From: Oligoflexia bacterium
Lineage (GTDB): Bacteria; Bdellovibrionota; UBA1018
Assembly (NCBI GenBank): GCA_963758495.1
Contig: CAVWVI010000003.1
Coordinates: 1,152,001 to 1,216,000, forward strand
DNA: 64,000 bases
Reading direction: 5' to 3'
Under the pieces are notes generated by a model. The model saw nothing but the letters and a program-made list of their open reading frames with translations. It was not told the DNA's origin and did no database searches. Position numbers and translations under genes: made by a program. Each line of letters opens with the position of its first letter. The first letter of the stretch is position 1. This document shows positions 34,925-45,380 of this stretch, piece after piece.

Positions 34925-35932
34925 ATGACACCCATGCAAACATTACCCTTTCAAATTGGTTTACACTTAGATGGATGGCTTCCTGGCGCGGGAGTCATGA
35001 TTGCTACTCTTTTAGTAGCAGCAATTACTCGAATAGTGCTGGAAAGGCTATCTAAAGTTCAACACTGGAACAGTTTGCATCAACTTGCCCCAAGCATATT
35101 CAATACTATCTGCGTTATAGGATTAAAAATTTTTATTGATTTGGCACCCTTTGAAGGAAAAACTGCCATTTGGCTGGATGGAGCAGTCTATGTATTAAGC
35201 ATTTTTATTTACCTAGCCCTACTACTCAAAGCTTCCCTTATCGGATTGGAATGGAGTCTTTATAAAGCCAATAATTCCGAGACTCTCCGACGCGGATTTA
35301 TTCCGATGATTCGTAATTTGATCACACTTTTCATCATTACTTCGGGTGGGATCATGATTCTAAAATACTTTAACTACGACGTCATGTCCTTAATCACCGC
35401 ACTCGGAGTCGGTTCATTGGCTGTCGGCTTGGCAGCAAAGGATACTTTATCTCATATGATTTCGGGATTCATACTCATTATTGATCGAAATCTACGCCCA
35501 GGAGATCGGATCAACTTGAGTGGCATCATTGGAGATGTAGACGTAATTGGTCTCAGAAGTACTCAAATCCGTGTAGATGGAAATACTTTAATTGTCCCTA
35601 ACTCAGAGCTAGTGAATACAAAAATATTAAATTTGTCGACTCCTACCCGTGAAATTACCTGCTCTACTTCTATTCGTATTCCTTATAATATTTCATTCTT
35701 AAGAGTGAGAGATATTTGCTTTTCAATTTTAAGTGAAACGAAAGGACTTTCCCCAAGTAAAACACAATCCGTTAATCTCATTAGCTTATCAGAAGGCCAC
35801 CAGCTTATTCATATAGGATTCTGGGTGTTAGAATTGAGTGACGGCTCAGCAGCCGTCTCAGAATTTAATGAACTTCTGGCTTCTCGCCTTCAAAAAGAAA
35901 ACATTCCGCTTGTGGCCCCCTCCAAAAGTTAA
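34925..35932 (+). CDS. Small-conductance mechanosensitive channel (MscS family)
   Basis: LGVGSLAVGLAAKDTL, GD.I, IGLRST, IVPNS. Confidence 0.92.
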   Translation: MTPMQTLPFQIGLHLDGWLPGAGVMIATLLVAAITRIVLERLSKVQHWNSLHQLAPSIFNTICVIGLKIFIDLAPFEGKTAIWLDGAVYVLSIFIYLALLLKASLIGLEWSLYKANNSETLRRGFIPMIRNLITLFIITSGGIMILKYFNYDVMSLITALGVGSLAVGLAAKDTLSHMISGFILIIDRNLRPGDRINLSGIIGDVDVIGLRSTQIRVDGNTLIVPNSELVNTKILNLSTPTREITCSTSIRIPYNISFLRVRDICFSILSETKGLSPSKTQSVNLISLSEGHQLIHIGFWVLELSDGSAAVSEFNELLASRLQKENIPLVAPSKS

Positions 35933-36065
35933 GGGTTCTTGAAGCGTCTCATGCAGTGCGCTGATTTTTTTACAATAAAACTGCTTTATTTCCGCTTGTT
36001 TATCCTATTTAAGCAAGATAAAGTCCGAATTTCATAATTATTCATTAAGGCAGGAGAGTAGTTGA

Positions 36066-37739
36066 GTGTCTTCATATGTAGTACTTGCCAGAAAATGGCG
36101 CCCCGCACAGTTTTCGAATATCGTTGGACAAGCCTCTATTGTTCGCACGCTGACTAATGCGATTCGCTCGCAACGAATTCATCAAGCCTATCTTTTCACA
36201 GGATCTAGAGGGATCGGTAAAACATCAATCGCACGAATTCTCGCAAAAGTTATACGATGCGAAAAAACTCATGATGAGAACGAAATGATCCAATCCTGCG
36301 ATCTCTGCTCAAGCTGTAAGGAGATTACCTTAGGAAACAGTGTAGACGTTATTGAAATTGATGGCGCATCAAACAATGGCGTAGAAGCTGTTCGCGAAAT
36401 TCGAGAAAATGCTAAATACATGCCTTCCTCTGGCACTCGTAAAATCTACATCATCGATGAAGTCCACATGCTCACCACAGCAGCTTTCAATGCCCTTTTA
36501 AAAACACTGGAAGAGCCCCCTGCACATGTAATTTTTATTTTTGCAACCACTGAACCTCATAAAATCCCGGCAACTATTCTATCACGTTGCCAACGATTTG
36601 ATTATCGTAGAGTCACAGTGAATCAAATTCATACGCGTCTCAATGAAATCTCTCTAGCAGAGGGGATTAAGGCGGATACAGCCGCACTCGCTCTGATCTC
36701 TCGCGCTGCCGAAGGCAGTATGCGAGATGCGCTTTCATTGCTTGATCAAGTGATTGCATTTTCTGGCAATCAAATTTCTCTTCAATCAGTCCGTGAAAGT
36801 GTAGGCCTTATCGAAGGGCAAGCGCTTTTAGGAATTTTAGCGAATACTTTTAAACGCAAACCCCTCGATGCTTTGGCTATTGTCGAGCAAGCTTATCAAC
36901 ATGGACATGATTTACGAATTTTAACTCGAAGCTTGATTGAATTTCTCCATGGTATTTTATTGGCAAAGATTGGATCTTCCAATTCTGCTGCACTTGAGCT
37001 TTCTGAGGAAGAATGGAAAGAAGTGCAATCTATTGCAGAATTGCGAACACTGGAAGAAATCGAGCTCATTTTCCAGGTCCTTCATCAAGGCCTTGAATGG
37101 ATCGCACGCTCCCCTCAGCCCAAGATTATTTTAGATGTTTTACTCATTAAATGCGCTACTGCCGAAAGTTTAATTTATATAGATTCGTTACCCGGTAATT
37201 CTACGAAATCCCCCTCTACTCAGTCTACTACGCAAACCCATACTCAACCCCCCGTGACAGCTCAGACTCATTCGACTCCTACAGCACCCTCACCAATCAA
37301 TACGATGGTCAGCCAGGACAAAAGTTGGGAGGGGTTTATTGAGCACGTAAGAGTTTCTCGGCCTCTCTTAGCCTCCATGCTAGAACATTGCAGTGGCTTT
37401 CAATTACCTGATTTTCAAAACTCAACTAGTAGCAAAACTTTATCGATCTTTTTCTCATCTCAAGACGCCTACTTCCGAGAACAACTCCAAGCCCGAGTCT
37501 ATCAAGAACAACTGGTCCATCTTTCTAAAGAATATTTTGGAACACTCCTTCGACTACAGATTGAAATTAAAAACGCTGGAGAAAGCCTTGTGGCACGTAG
37601 AGGTCGAGAGCAAAAAGAACGTATCGAATCGATAAAAGAACAAGCGCAAAGACACCCTATTATTATTGAAGCTAAATCCCTCTTTGGTGGAGAACTCAGC
37701 CCAGTGAAAATCAGGGGAGCACATCATGCAAACATCTAG
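36066..37739 (+). CDS. dnaX: DNA polymerase III subunit gamma/tau
   Basis: LARKWRP, GSRGIGKT, IIDEVHML, TILSRCQ. Confidence 0.97.
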   Translation: MSSYVVLARKWRPAQFSNIVGQASIVRTLTNAIRSQRIHQAYLFTGSRGIGKTSIARILAKVIRCEKTHDENEMIQSCDLCSSCKEITLGNSVDVIEIDGASNNGVEAVREIRENAKYMPSSGTRKIYIIDEVHMLTTAAFNALLKTLEEPPAHVIFIFATTEPHKIPATILSRCQRFDYRRVTVNQIHTRLNEISLAEGIKADTAALALISRAAEGSMRDALSLLDQVIAFSGNQISLQSVRESVGLIEGQALLGILANTFKRKPLDALAIVEQAYQHGHDLRILTRSLIEFLHGILLAKIGSSNSAALELSEEEWKEVQSIAELRTLEEIELIFQVLHQGLEWIARSPQPKIILDVLLIKCATAESLIYIDSLPGNSTKSPSTQSTTQTHTQPPVTAQTHSTPTAPSPINTMVSQDKSWEGFIEHVRVSRPLLASMLEHCSGFQLPDFQNSTSSKTLSIFFSSQDAYFREQLQARVYQEQLVHLSKEYFGTLLRLQIEIKNAGESLVARRGREQKERIESIKEQAQRHPIIIEAKSLFGGELSPVKIRGAHHANI

Positions 37740-38337
37740 ACATGATCCCATCTCTAAACTCATATTTGAGCTCTCTAAACTACCTGGAATTGGCGAAAGA
37801 ACTGCAACTCGGCTTTCATACTTTATTTTAAAACAGGATGCGAGTTATGCTGAATCTTTAGCAGAAGCAATATTAAATGCCAAACATAAGATCGGCCTAT
37901 GCCAACACTGTTTTACTTTCACCGATATGGATTCATGTAAAATTTGCGAAAACTCCGAAAGAGATCATGGATTAATTTGTATTGTTGAACGTCCGGCTGA
38001 CGTTTTTTCAATAGAGCAAGCCTGCATTTACAATGGCGTTTATCATGTACTTCATGGCACTCTTTCTCCACTAGAAGGAATTGGCCCAGAAGAACTTAAA
38101 ATTCAGGAATTTTTAATACGACTTAGCAACACTGCAAAACCTGTTCGGGAATTGATCCTAGCAACAAATCCTAGCGTAGAAGGTGAAGCTACTGCCTTAT
38201 ATCTCGCTCGACTTACAAAGCATCTGGGGGTGCGAATGACTAAGCTGGCTCATGGACTTCCGGTAGGCGGATTACTAGAATACACAGACAAACAAACTCT
38301 TGGTAAAGCTTTAGAAAATCGCATGGAGCTGAGCTAA
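37726..38337 (+). CDS. recR: Recombination mediator RecR
   Basis: LPGIG, C4 zinc finger, YHVLHG, ATNPSVEGEATA. Confidence 0.97.
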   Translation: MQTSRHDPISKLIFELSKLPGIGERTATRLSYFILKQDASYAESLAEAILNAKHKIGLCQHCFTFTDMDSCKICENSERDHGLICIVERPADVFSIEQACIYNGVYHVLHGTLSPLEGIGPEELKIQEFLIRLSNTAKPVRELILATNPSVEGEATALYLARLTKHLGVRMTKLAHGLPVGGLLEYTDKQTLGKALENRMELS

Positions 38338-38928
38338 GTGAGCTTCATCAACTACGCCTCAAAAGAAATCAATTGCAAGGTGATCTACTTCGGTCCGGGG
38401 CTGAGTGGAAAAACAACAAATGTCCAATACATTTACGAACATACTCAACAAGAAACTCGCGGAAAACTCGTAACATTAAGTACAGAAAACGAACGAACAC
38501 TATTTTTTGATTTTCTTCCACTCGCCATAGGTGATGTGCGAGGTTACAAAACTCGATTCCACTTATACAGCATACCAGGTCAGACATTTTATGAGGTCTC
38601 TCGTCAATTCATCCTCAAAGGGGTAGATGGAATTGTGTTTGTTGCCGACAGCCAAGCCGAAAGAATGGAGGCAAATATTGAAAGCTTTGAATCGCTCGAA
38701 AAAAGCCTGGAAAAGCAGGGTTACGACCTAAACAAACTTCCTCTTGTTCTTCAATATAATAAAAGAGACGTCCCGGGTATTGTCACAATTCGAGAACTGG
38801 AATCCACTTTTAATCCAATGCGTCGTCCATACTTCGAAGCTATTGCTAACCGAGGACAGGGCGTCATGGAAACTTTGCAGTCTATTAGTCAATTAATCAT
38901 TCGTGAACTCAAAGGGGGAGAAGCATGA
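38338..38928 (+). CDS. mglA: Ras-like small GTPase MglA
   Basis: MSFINY..KEINCK, GPGLSGKTTN, RTLFFDF, PGQ, NKRD. Confidence 0.95.
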   Translation: MSFINYASKEINCKVIYFGPGLSGKTTNVQYIYEHTQQETRGKLVTLSTENERTLFFDFLPLAIGDVRGYKTRFHLYSIPGQTFYEVSRQFILKGVDGIVFVADSQAERMEANIESFESLEKSLEKQGYDLNKLPLVLQYNKRDVPGIVTIRELESTFNPMRRPYFEAIANRGQGVMETLQSISQLIIRELKGGEA

Positions 38929-39335
38929 GGAAAGAAGCCGTTAAAAGATTTAAAAAGATTTTTGAAACTCAACGCAATCAAATCTTATTTAATGATCGAG
39001 TCGTTCGTGAAGACTTTAGTGTTTGTGCTGATGATCGATATGATGAAATCGATCAAGCTACTACCGACATAGAACAATCTATGCGCATGCGTCTCAGAAA
39101 TCGTGAAATCCTTTACATCAAGAAGATTGACGATGCATTACGACGAATTGAAGATGGCTCCTTTGGTGAATGTGAAGGCTGTGGAGAAGACATAGAGATT
39201 AGACGACTCGAAGCACGGCCCACCGCGACTCTCTGCGTATCATGCAAGGAAGATCAAGAGCGCAAAGAAGTCTTGACAGCCTCGGGCAGAGAGCACAAGA
39301 GCTTAGGTGCGTCATTTTCTCGCAAGCTTGCATAA
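38925..39335 (+). CDS. dksA: DksA/TraR family C4 zinc-finger regulator
   Basis: DEIDQA coiled-coil tip; CEGC...RRLEARP.A.LCVSC. Confidence 0.88.
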   Translation: MRKEAVKRFKKIFETQRNQILFNDRVVREDFSVCADDRYDEIDQATTDIEQSMRMRLRNREILYIKKIDDALRRIEDGSFGECEGCGEDIEIRRLEARPTATLCVSCKEDQERKEVLTASGREHKSLGASFSRKLA

Positions 39336-39356
39336 TCATTGAAGACCTTTTGACTC

Positions 39357-39372
39357 TGGCACGCCATTAGCA
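39357..39372 (+). promoter_or_regulatory. Sigma54-like promoter before the second DksA paralog
   Basis: TGGCACGCCATTAGCA (GG-N10-GC). Confidence 0.45.
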
Positions 39373-39407
39373 TTGCGTTCGCACGAGAGGTAAGGGGGGT
39401 AATCAAA

Positions 39408-39812
39408 ATGGAAACTGCACAATTATTAAAATTTAGAATGTTATTTGAGCAAGAACATCAAAACGTAGTGTTAAAAATAAATTTGTATAATGGAAATTTC
39501 CAAATTCAGAAGGAAGATCTTTTAGATTCATCAGATCTTATTTCACGGCAACTTGAAGCGTCCGTGCAAATGCACCTTAGAAATAGAGAGGTATTCTACC
39601 TAAATAAGGTAGAGCAGGCACTACGCAGAATTTCAAATGGTACTTTCGGATACTGTAGGGAATGCGGGAATGAAATTTCAATTAAGCGACTTGAAGCCCG
39701 CCCAACTGCAGTTTTTTGTATCGACTGCAAAGAAATTCAAGAGCACGAAGAACAACAACGGCTAGATGAAGATTATATTAGAAATTTTTCTACTGAATTG
39801 CGCTTAGCCTAA
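39408..39812 (+). CDS. Second DksA/TraR family paralog
   Basis: CRECGNEISIKRLEARPTAVFCIDC; tip DSSDLI. Confidence 0.88.
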   Translation: METAQLLKFRMLFEQEHQNVVLKINLYNGNFQIQKEDLLDSSDLISRQLEASVQMHLRNREVFYLNKVEQALRRISNGTFGYCRECGNEISIKRLEARPTAVFCIDCKEIQEHEEQQRLDEDYIRNFSTELRLA

Positions 39813-39908
39813 GATTAGGTCAGTTTTCATGGATGCTACCTGACCCACATGGAAGTGAAAACTTGGACTCAAGGATGGAATTGAAATCAATTGGACAGTA
39901 TAATTAAA

Positions 39909-39939
39909 AACAGGGGAAATCACGATGACTTCCCCTGTT
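39909..39939. terminator. Hairpin between convergent genes, probable terminator
   Basis: AACAGGGGAA...TTCCCCTGTT with an A tract on the left. Confidence 0.65.
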
Positions 39940-39949
39940 CCTAATTATT

Positions 39950-41455
39950 TCAATTTTTATAGTTAAGTGCTTGATTAATATTTATCCTGCCTCCAGTAAC
40001 GGTCTTATTGGCTAGCGCAGGTAAGGGATCCACAGTACTCATGAGGACATCTTTAACCTTCTTGTAACCCCATTTAGGATGCTTGGACCATAAAAGCGCC
40101 GCTGCACCCGCCACATGAGGACATGCCATGGAAGTCCCAGATAAACTTGCATATTTATCACCTGGCACAGTGCTATAGATATTCACACCTGGGGCACCTA
40201 CATGCGTCGTTTTCTTTCCGTAGCTAGAAAAATAGGCCATGTCATCATTCTCATCCGTCGCAGCGACCGAGATCAGATTATCATTATCAAAGGCAGCGGG
40301 ATAAGATGGATTTGGACCGTCATTATCAGTTCCGTCATTTCCTGCGGCAGCGATAAAAAGAACATCCTTCAATCGTGCTCGATCAATTGCATCTTTAAGA
40401 GCCTGATTATCTGGATCTCCTTGCCCACCCCAACTATTACTCAAGACCTTTGCGCCATGATCAATAGCATAATCAATTGCGCGAATAGCGTCTGCGGTAG
40501 TACCACTTCCTTCGCCCGATAGGAACTTTAAGGCCATTAGAGAAACTAATTGGCTTACTCCGGATATGCCAATTCCGTTGCCTCCCACAGCACCAATGGT
40601 TCCAGCAGTGTGAGTGCCATGTTCGTTATCATCAAACGGAAGACCATCATTATGAACAAAATCAAATCCAACAAGATCATTGGACTCCGTTGATGGACTT
40701 GGATTTCTCCAAACATTAAAGGCTAAATCTACGTGATTATAATCAATACCGGTATCAATATCTGCTACGATAAATTTCTTACTTCCTTTATGCACTGCCC
40801 AAGCATTTATTGCGCCGATTTTGCTTAATCCATAAGTCTTAGCTAAATCTGGATCAGCTACAGGCGGAATGACTTCATTTGGGGCAGGCTTTAAAGCAGG
40901 CCGTGTAGTAGCCACCGGTGGATTATTACCTGGGTCAGGGTTATTTCCCGGATCAGGATTATTACCTGGATCAGGATCATTTCCTGGATCGGAATTGTTT
41001 CCTGGATCTGAAATATTGCCTAAACTAGCACTATTCATACAACCCACAGGAAACCCTACCCCGGAAAACCAGCAACGAGCATCTTCGCCATGAGTGGTTC
41101 TACGAGCTGCAGTTCGGATCTGAATAGGTAGCGCATGCAAAATGTAATTAGGTTGCGCATATTCAACCATTTTATTCTTTTGTAGCTCTGAAATCGCATC
41201 TTCAACACTTTTATTATCATTCAAAATTAAGTGCTCAAAACCTGTCATTGCCCCGGAATAATGATGGACATTCTTTACGCCAACTACACTATAAAGCCGA
41301 TAAGTATTGACTCTAGATTGAAAAATATTATCTTTATATTTCACTAAAACTTCACCAGGCACAAACTCCGTCCCGCGCCTGACGTCTGCGTCTGCATTCA
41401 TAGCTACTGTCATAAGAGCTAAGATTGAAAATACGGCCTTCCTTGGTCTAACCAT
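39950..41455 (-). CDS. Secreted subtilisin-like S8 serine protease
   Basis: Catalytic triad DTG, HGTH, GTSMA; signal peptide and propeptide; start ATG 41455 after AAGGGG. Confidence 0.95.
   Translation of the reverse strand: MVRPRKAVFSILALMTVAMNADADVRRGTEFVPGEVLVKYKDNIFQSRVNTYRLYSVVGVKNVHHYSGAMTGFEHLILNDNKSVEDAISELQKNKMVEYAQPNYILHALPIQIRTAARRTTHGEDARCWFSGVGFPVGCMNSASLGNISDPGNNSDPGNDPDPGNNPDPGNNPDPGNNPPVATTRPALKPAPNEVIPPVADPDLAKTYGLSKIGAINAWAVHKGSKKFIVADIDTGIDYNHVDLAFNVWRNPSPSTESNDLVGFDFVHNDGLPFDDNEHGTHTAGTIGAVGGNGIGISGVSQLVSLMALKFLSGEGSGTTADAIRAIDYAIDHGAKVLSNSWGGQGDPDNQALKDAIDRARLKDVLFIAAAGNDGTDNDGPNPSYPAAFDNDNLISVAATDENDDMAYFSSYGKKTTHVGAPGVNIYSTVPGDKYASLSGTSMACPHVAGAAALLWSKHPKWGYKKVKDVLMSTVDPLPALANKTVTGGRININQALNYKN
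40919..41008 (-). repeat. 18-bp tandem repeat x5 encoding (DPGN[N/D][S/P]) linker in the subtilase
   Basis: DPGNNS DPGNDP DPGNNP DPGNNP DPGNNP. Confidence 0.9.
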
Positions 41456-41699
41456 TTTGGCACTTCCCCTTTGTTTGGTTTCACTGCTTATAATTAAAAA
41501 ATCCCCACTACGATACTGTAGTGTATTTAGCGAGCGACAATTTGCAAATTTGACGCGCATATTTATTTTTTCAGCCCTATATTGCTTTTTTGTATAATTA
41601 GACTAAACTTATGTTCAATCGATCATCAAAGTTAATCTAAGAACTCAATACAAAGCATCTACGTCAATTATACATTCACAAACGAGGAAGTGACTACTA

Positions 41700-42410
41700 T
41701 TACTTAAGCAGATTTTCCATATCGATTAGGAGTTGTTTAAGGGTATCAGGATGATGAATACAAATATCCTCAATGTGCTCAGCAATACTTGTAAGAGCGA
41801 GAACATCACCTTTTTCAATAGCCTGTATTGCCTTGTTTGTATTAGACCCCATGAAATTTGGCATTACGAAATTATAATATGAAGCGATCGTTTTATTTCC
41901 ATGAGGCTCAAAAGCAAGATAGCCTTCCACTTGATCCATCGAGCCTGAGCCAATCATTTTCCAATAAACTTTATAACTTCCCTGAGGAAATCCTTGAGGA
42001 TCTCTTTCTATGTAGGTTTCAACTTGGTAAATGGGCTCTCGAGTAAATAACCCTACCCATGCTGGAAGTTTAAGTCCGTATTGAATGAAAAATTTTACAA
42101 TACTCCCCTCTACAACAGATCCCAAAACCTTTTTACTTTCAGTACCAGCCACAAGAAAATCGCTACGTCCTTTAAAATCAGCGTAAACTGCCGTGGCTTC
42201 TTCTGCTTTCGCATTCACTAGAAGATAAACATAATCTTTGCGATGCTTTGTCCCACTTACTTCCTCGAAAGTTTCAACCGGTTGATAGGCCTCGACCCTT
42301 TGTTTTTGTTGACTAGTAAGCGTATCAAAAGAGCTAGCAAAGCTCTTTTCTAAATTAAGCATGAAGATGCTAGTAATACAAAGCCCTTGAATCACGTAAT
42401 GATATTTCAT
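41700..42410 (-). CDS. Hypothetical exported protein, possibly START/SRPBCC-like
   Basis: Signal-like N-terminus ending SFA; GGGAG RBS; the fold call is weak. Confidence 0.6.
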   Translation of the reverse strand: MKYHYVIQGLCITSIFMLNLEKSFASSFDTLTSQQKQRVEAYQPVETFEEVSGTKHRKDYVYLLVNAKAEEATAVYADFKGRSDFLVAGTESKKVLGSVVEGSIVKFFIQYGLKLPAWVGLFTREPIYQVETYIERDPQGFPQGSYKVYWKMIGSGSMDQVEGYLAFEPHGNKTIASYYNFVMPNFMGSNTNKAIQAIEKGDVLALTSIAEHIEDICIHHPDTLKQLLIDMENLLK

Positions 42411-42560
42411 TTGATACTCCCCCAAAATAAACCAACGTTGAACCAAGCTGAATAAGCTCAGACTGATCTGAGATGACTCCTAACGCTCTTTAAGATGTAG
42501 GTCAATTTTATTGTAAGGAGGTTGAGCAAATCTTCTGCTTCAAAAAAAAATGATCATCAC

Positions 42561-42595
42561 ACAGGCCACAGCTATGGAACTATGCTATGGCCTGT
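42561..42595 (-). terminator. Hairpin downstream of ftsZ
   Basis: ACAGGCCACAGC...GCTATGGCCTGT with a T tract about 10 nt further on the minus strand. Confidence 0.45.
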
Positions 42596-42622
42596 CTCCT
42601 GTGAATTGAATTCTTACTGCAA

Positions 42623-44068
42623 CTACACTTCCCGCTCCTGCTGTCGTCTCATATAAGTAGGTATTTCGTATTCATCATCCGTTAGACTTGTAATTCCAAG
42701 TCGCTGAGCGATAGCGCGAGCCCTTGCAAGCTCACCACTCTCCGCCCCTGTCCCCATTTGTGGAACAGGTATCCCTGCTAGACCACTCATGGGTCCAGTG
42801 CCTTTGGATAGCAGATTTTCTTGAGGTATAGAACCCGTCGTCACAGGTTGCTGAAGCAAACTTGAGCTCTGTGGCTTAACTGATGCAGCAGCAAGCATCG
42901 TTGCATTGGGTTGGGGTGGAACTGGCAATTCAGGCAAAGGAGTAATAGCAACTTCAGGCTCTTGAACAGCCTTATTTGACGTAGGAGGAACCTCCCGCAC
43001 CTCGTATGCCTGGCTGATCTGAGTATTTTGAACGTTTTCTACCCCTGCGTGACCTGCGTGAGATGACTGCTGAGGCGATACTTGCGGAGTCACTGTTACA
43101 GAGCGAGGTACGCTTCCTCCCAAGCCCGTAGCAATCACTGTCACTTTTACCATTTCTTTCACGGATTCATCAATCACAGTACCAAAAATAATTTCTGCAT
43201 CTTCATGAGCAGCCTCCATGATGAGGGTTGTTGCTTCATTCACTTCATGGATTTTAAGATTCGAACCCCCAGTAATGTTAATAATGATACCTGTAGCACC
43301 ATCAATGGAGATATCTTCTAAGAGTGGACTCGAGATCGCATTCGTTGCCGCTTCGATAGCTCTATGCTCACCTTCTCCATATCCAATTCCCATTAATGCA
43401 AGGCCCTTATTCTGCATAATGGTTTTAACATCTGCAAAGTCGCTATTAATCAATCCAGTGTGATTAATAAGATCAGAGATCCCTTGAACTGCGTTCAAGA
43501 GCACCTCATCCGCTTTTTTAAATGCCTCCATCATTGAAAGAGAAACTCCGGATAAAGCCAACAATCTTTGATTCGGGATGGTAATCAGTGAATCAACGCT
43601 TTCACGAAGACAAGCCATCCCATGTTCTGCATGGCGCATCCTTTTCTTTCCTTCGAACAGAAAGGGCTTAGTAACGACGCCTACAGTCAAAGCACCTATC
43701 TCTTTTGCTATTTTTGCAAAAATGGGGGCTGCCCCTGTCCCAGTACCACCTCCCATTCCCGCAGTGATAAATACCATATCGGCACCAGCCAGAATTTCGG
43801 AAATTTTCGCATAATCCTCCAAGGCGGCCTTGCGGCCAACCTCTGGATTCGCGCCAGCTCCAAGCCCTTTGGTCAACTCCTGACCAATCGCAAGCTTAAT
43901 GGGAGCAAGCGATATATCTAGAGCTTGACGATCTGTATTGGCAGTAACAAATTCGACCCCTTCCAGACCTGTTCGAATCATTGTATTTACGGCATTACAT
44001 CCGCTGCCCCCAACACCGACTACCTTAATTTTTGCACCATGAGTTACTAATTGATCAATTTCAAACAT
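42623..44068 (-). CDS. ftsZ: Cell division protein FtsZ
   Basis: [14 protein letters not shown], long linker, C-terminal YEIPTYMRR. Confidence 0.98.
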   Translation of the reverse strand: MFEIDQLVTHGAKIKVVGVGGSGCNAVNTMIRTGLEGVEFVTANTDRQALDISLAPIKLAIGQELTKGLGAGANPEVGRKAALEDYAKISEILAGADMVFITAGMGGGTGTGAAPIFAKIAKEIGALTVGVVTKPFLFEGKKRMRHAEHGMACLRESVDSLITIPNQRLLALSGVSLSMMEAFKKADEVLLNAVQGISDLINHTGLINSDFADVKTIMQNKGLALMGIGYGEGEHRAIEAATNAISSPLLEDISIDGATGIIINITGGSNLKIHEVNEATTLIMEAAHEDAEIIFGTVIDESVKEMVKVTVIATGLGGSVPRSVTVTPQVSPQQSSHAGHAGVENVQNTQISQAYEVREVPPTSNKAVQEPEVAITPLPELPVPPQPNATMLAAASVKPQSSSLLQQPVTTGSIPQENLLSKGTGPMSGLAGIPVPQMGTGAESGELARARAIAQRLGITSLTDDEYEIPTYMRRQQEREV

Positions 44069-44092
44069 AGTTAGTGGATACCCTTCCTTGGT

Positions 44093-45328
44093 TTAAAACA
44101 AGTCCTTGATCCAAGCCCGCATTGAGCCACGAACCTTATCGTAAATGTTTTTTTCATGAATTGGAAATCGAGTTTTTTGAATATTTCTTACACCATATTT
44201 AATTAAACCTACGGCAGTTGCAAATTTTGGAGAATTTACAACCTCCCTTAGACCTCCTATATTCTGCGGCAATCCTCGCTTCGCTGGAATTCCAAATATA
44301 AACTCAGCCAATTCAGGCAGGCCTTCCAGTAAACTAGCACCTCCTGTAAGAACAACTCCCGCAGACAGTAAATCTTGAAAACCAGACTTTGTAACTTCTC
44401 GTTGAATTAACGAAAACATTTCTTCTACGCGTGGCTCAATTATTCCTGCAAGACTTCTCCTTGATAAAACATGACTTTTTCTCCCACCCACCCCAATCAC
44501 TTCTATCATTTCATTTGATTTTACTAGTGCTGTTAATGCGCAACCATATTTAATTTTAATTTTTTCAGCTTCATTTTGAGGCGTTCTTAATCCTACTGCC
44601 ACATCATTGGTAATATGATTTCCACCAATTGCTAAGACGCTCGTATGAACAATTACACCTTTTTTAAAAATTGCAATGTCGCTTGTTCCAGCACCAATAT
44701 CCACCAAAATCACTCCAAGTTCTTTTTCATCCTGACAAAGAACAGCTTCACTCGACGCGAGGGGTTCCAAACAGATTTCTGCTACATTGAGCCCAGCTTT
44801 ATTCACACATTTTATAATATTATGAGCCGAAGATACGGCACCTGTCACGATATGAACTCTTGCTTCAAGATGAGTCCCATTCATTCCAACGGGATCTAGA
44901 ATTCCATCTTGATCATTAATTATATATTCTTGCGGAATAATATGAACGGTTTCACGATCCAGTGGAATTGAAACTGCCTTTGCTGCATCAATTACGCGCT
45001 GGACATCTTGCTCCGTAATCTCTTGACCCTTTACCGTAACAATTCCAGTCGAATTAAATGATTTAATATGCCCACCAGCAATGCCGGTATACACCGTAGA
45101 TATATCTACTTCAGCCATTAACTCGGCTTCATGTACAGCTTTTTTAATACTTTCAACTGTTGCCTCAATATCGATTACAACTCCCTTGCGCAATCCAGTC
45201 GAAGAGGCGATACCCACTCCCATAATATTCAGCAATGGTTGAGGACCATTTCCTACAGGCTCTCCCACGACACAGCAGACCTTAGTCGTTCCAATGTCTA
45301 ATCCAACTATAAAATCTTTCTTGGACAT
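44093..45328 (-). CDS. ftsA: Cell division protein FtsA
   Basis: GLDIGTTKV, DIGAGT, LTGGA, C-terminal amphipathic helix. Confidence 0.97.
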   Translation of the reverse strand: MSKKDFIVGLDIGTTKVCCVVGEPVGNGPQPLLNIMGVGIASSTGLRKGVVIDIEATVESIKKAVHEAELMAEVDISTVYTGIAGGHIKSFNSTGIVTVKGQEITEQDVQRVIDAAKAVSIPLDRETVHIIPQEYIINDQDGILDPVGMNGTHLEARVHIVTGAVSSAHNIIKCVNKAGLNVAEICLEPLASSEAVLCQDEKELGVILVDIGAGTSDIAIFKKGVIVHTSVLAIGGNHITNDVAVGLRTPQNEAEKIKIKYGCALTALVKSNEMIEVIGVGGRKSHVLSRRSLAGIIEPRVEEMFSLIQREVTKSGFQDLLSAGVVLTGGASLLEGLPELAEFIFGIPAKRGLPQNIGGLREVVNSPKFATAVGLIKYGVRNIQKTRFPIHEKNIYDKVRGSMRAWIKDLF

Positions 45329-45380
45329 GAAAAGTTATCTCCCATGGGGGCAGGCAAAAATTGCCTCTCTATAGAGAATT

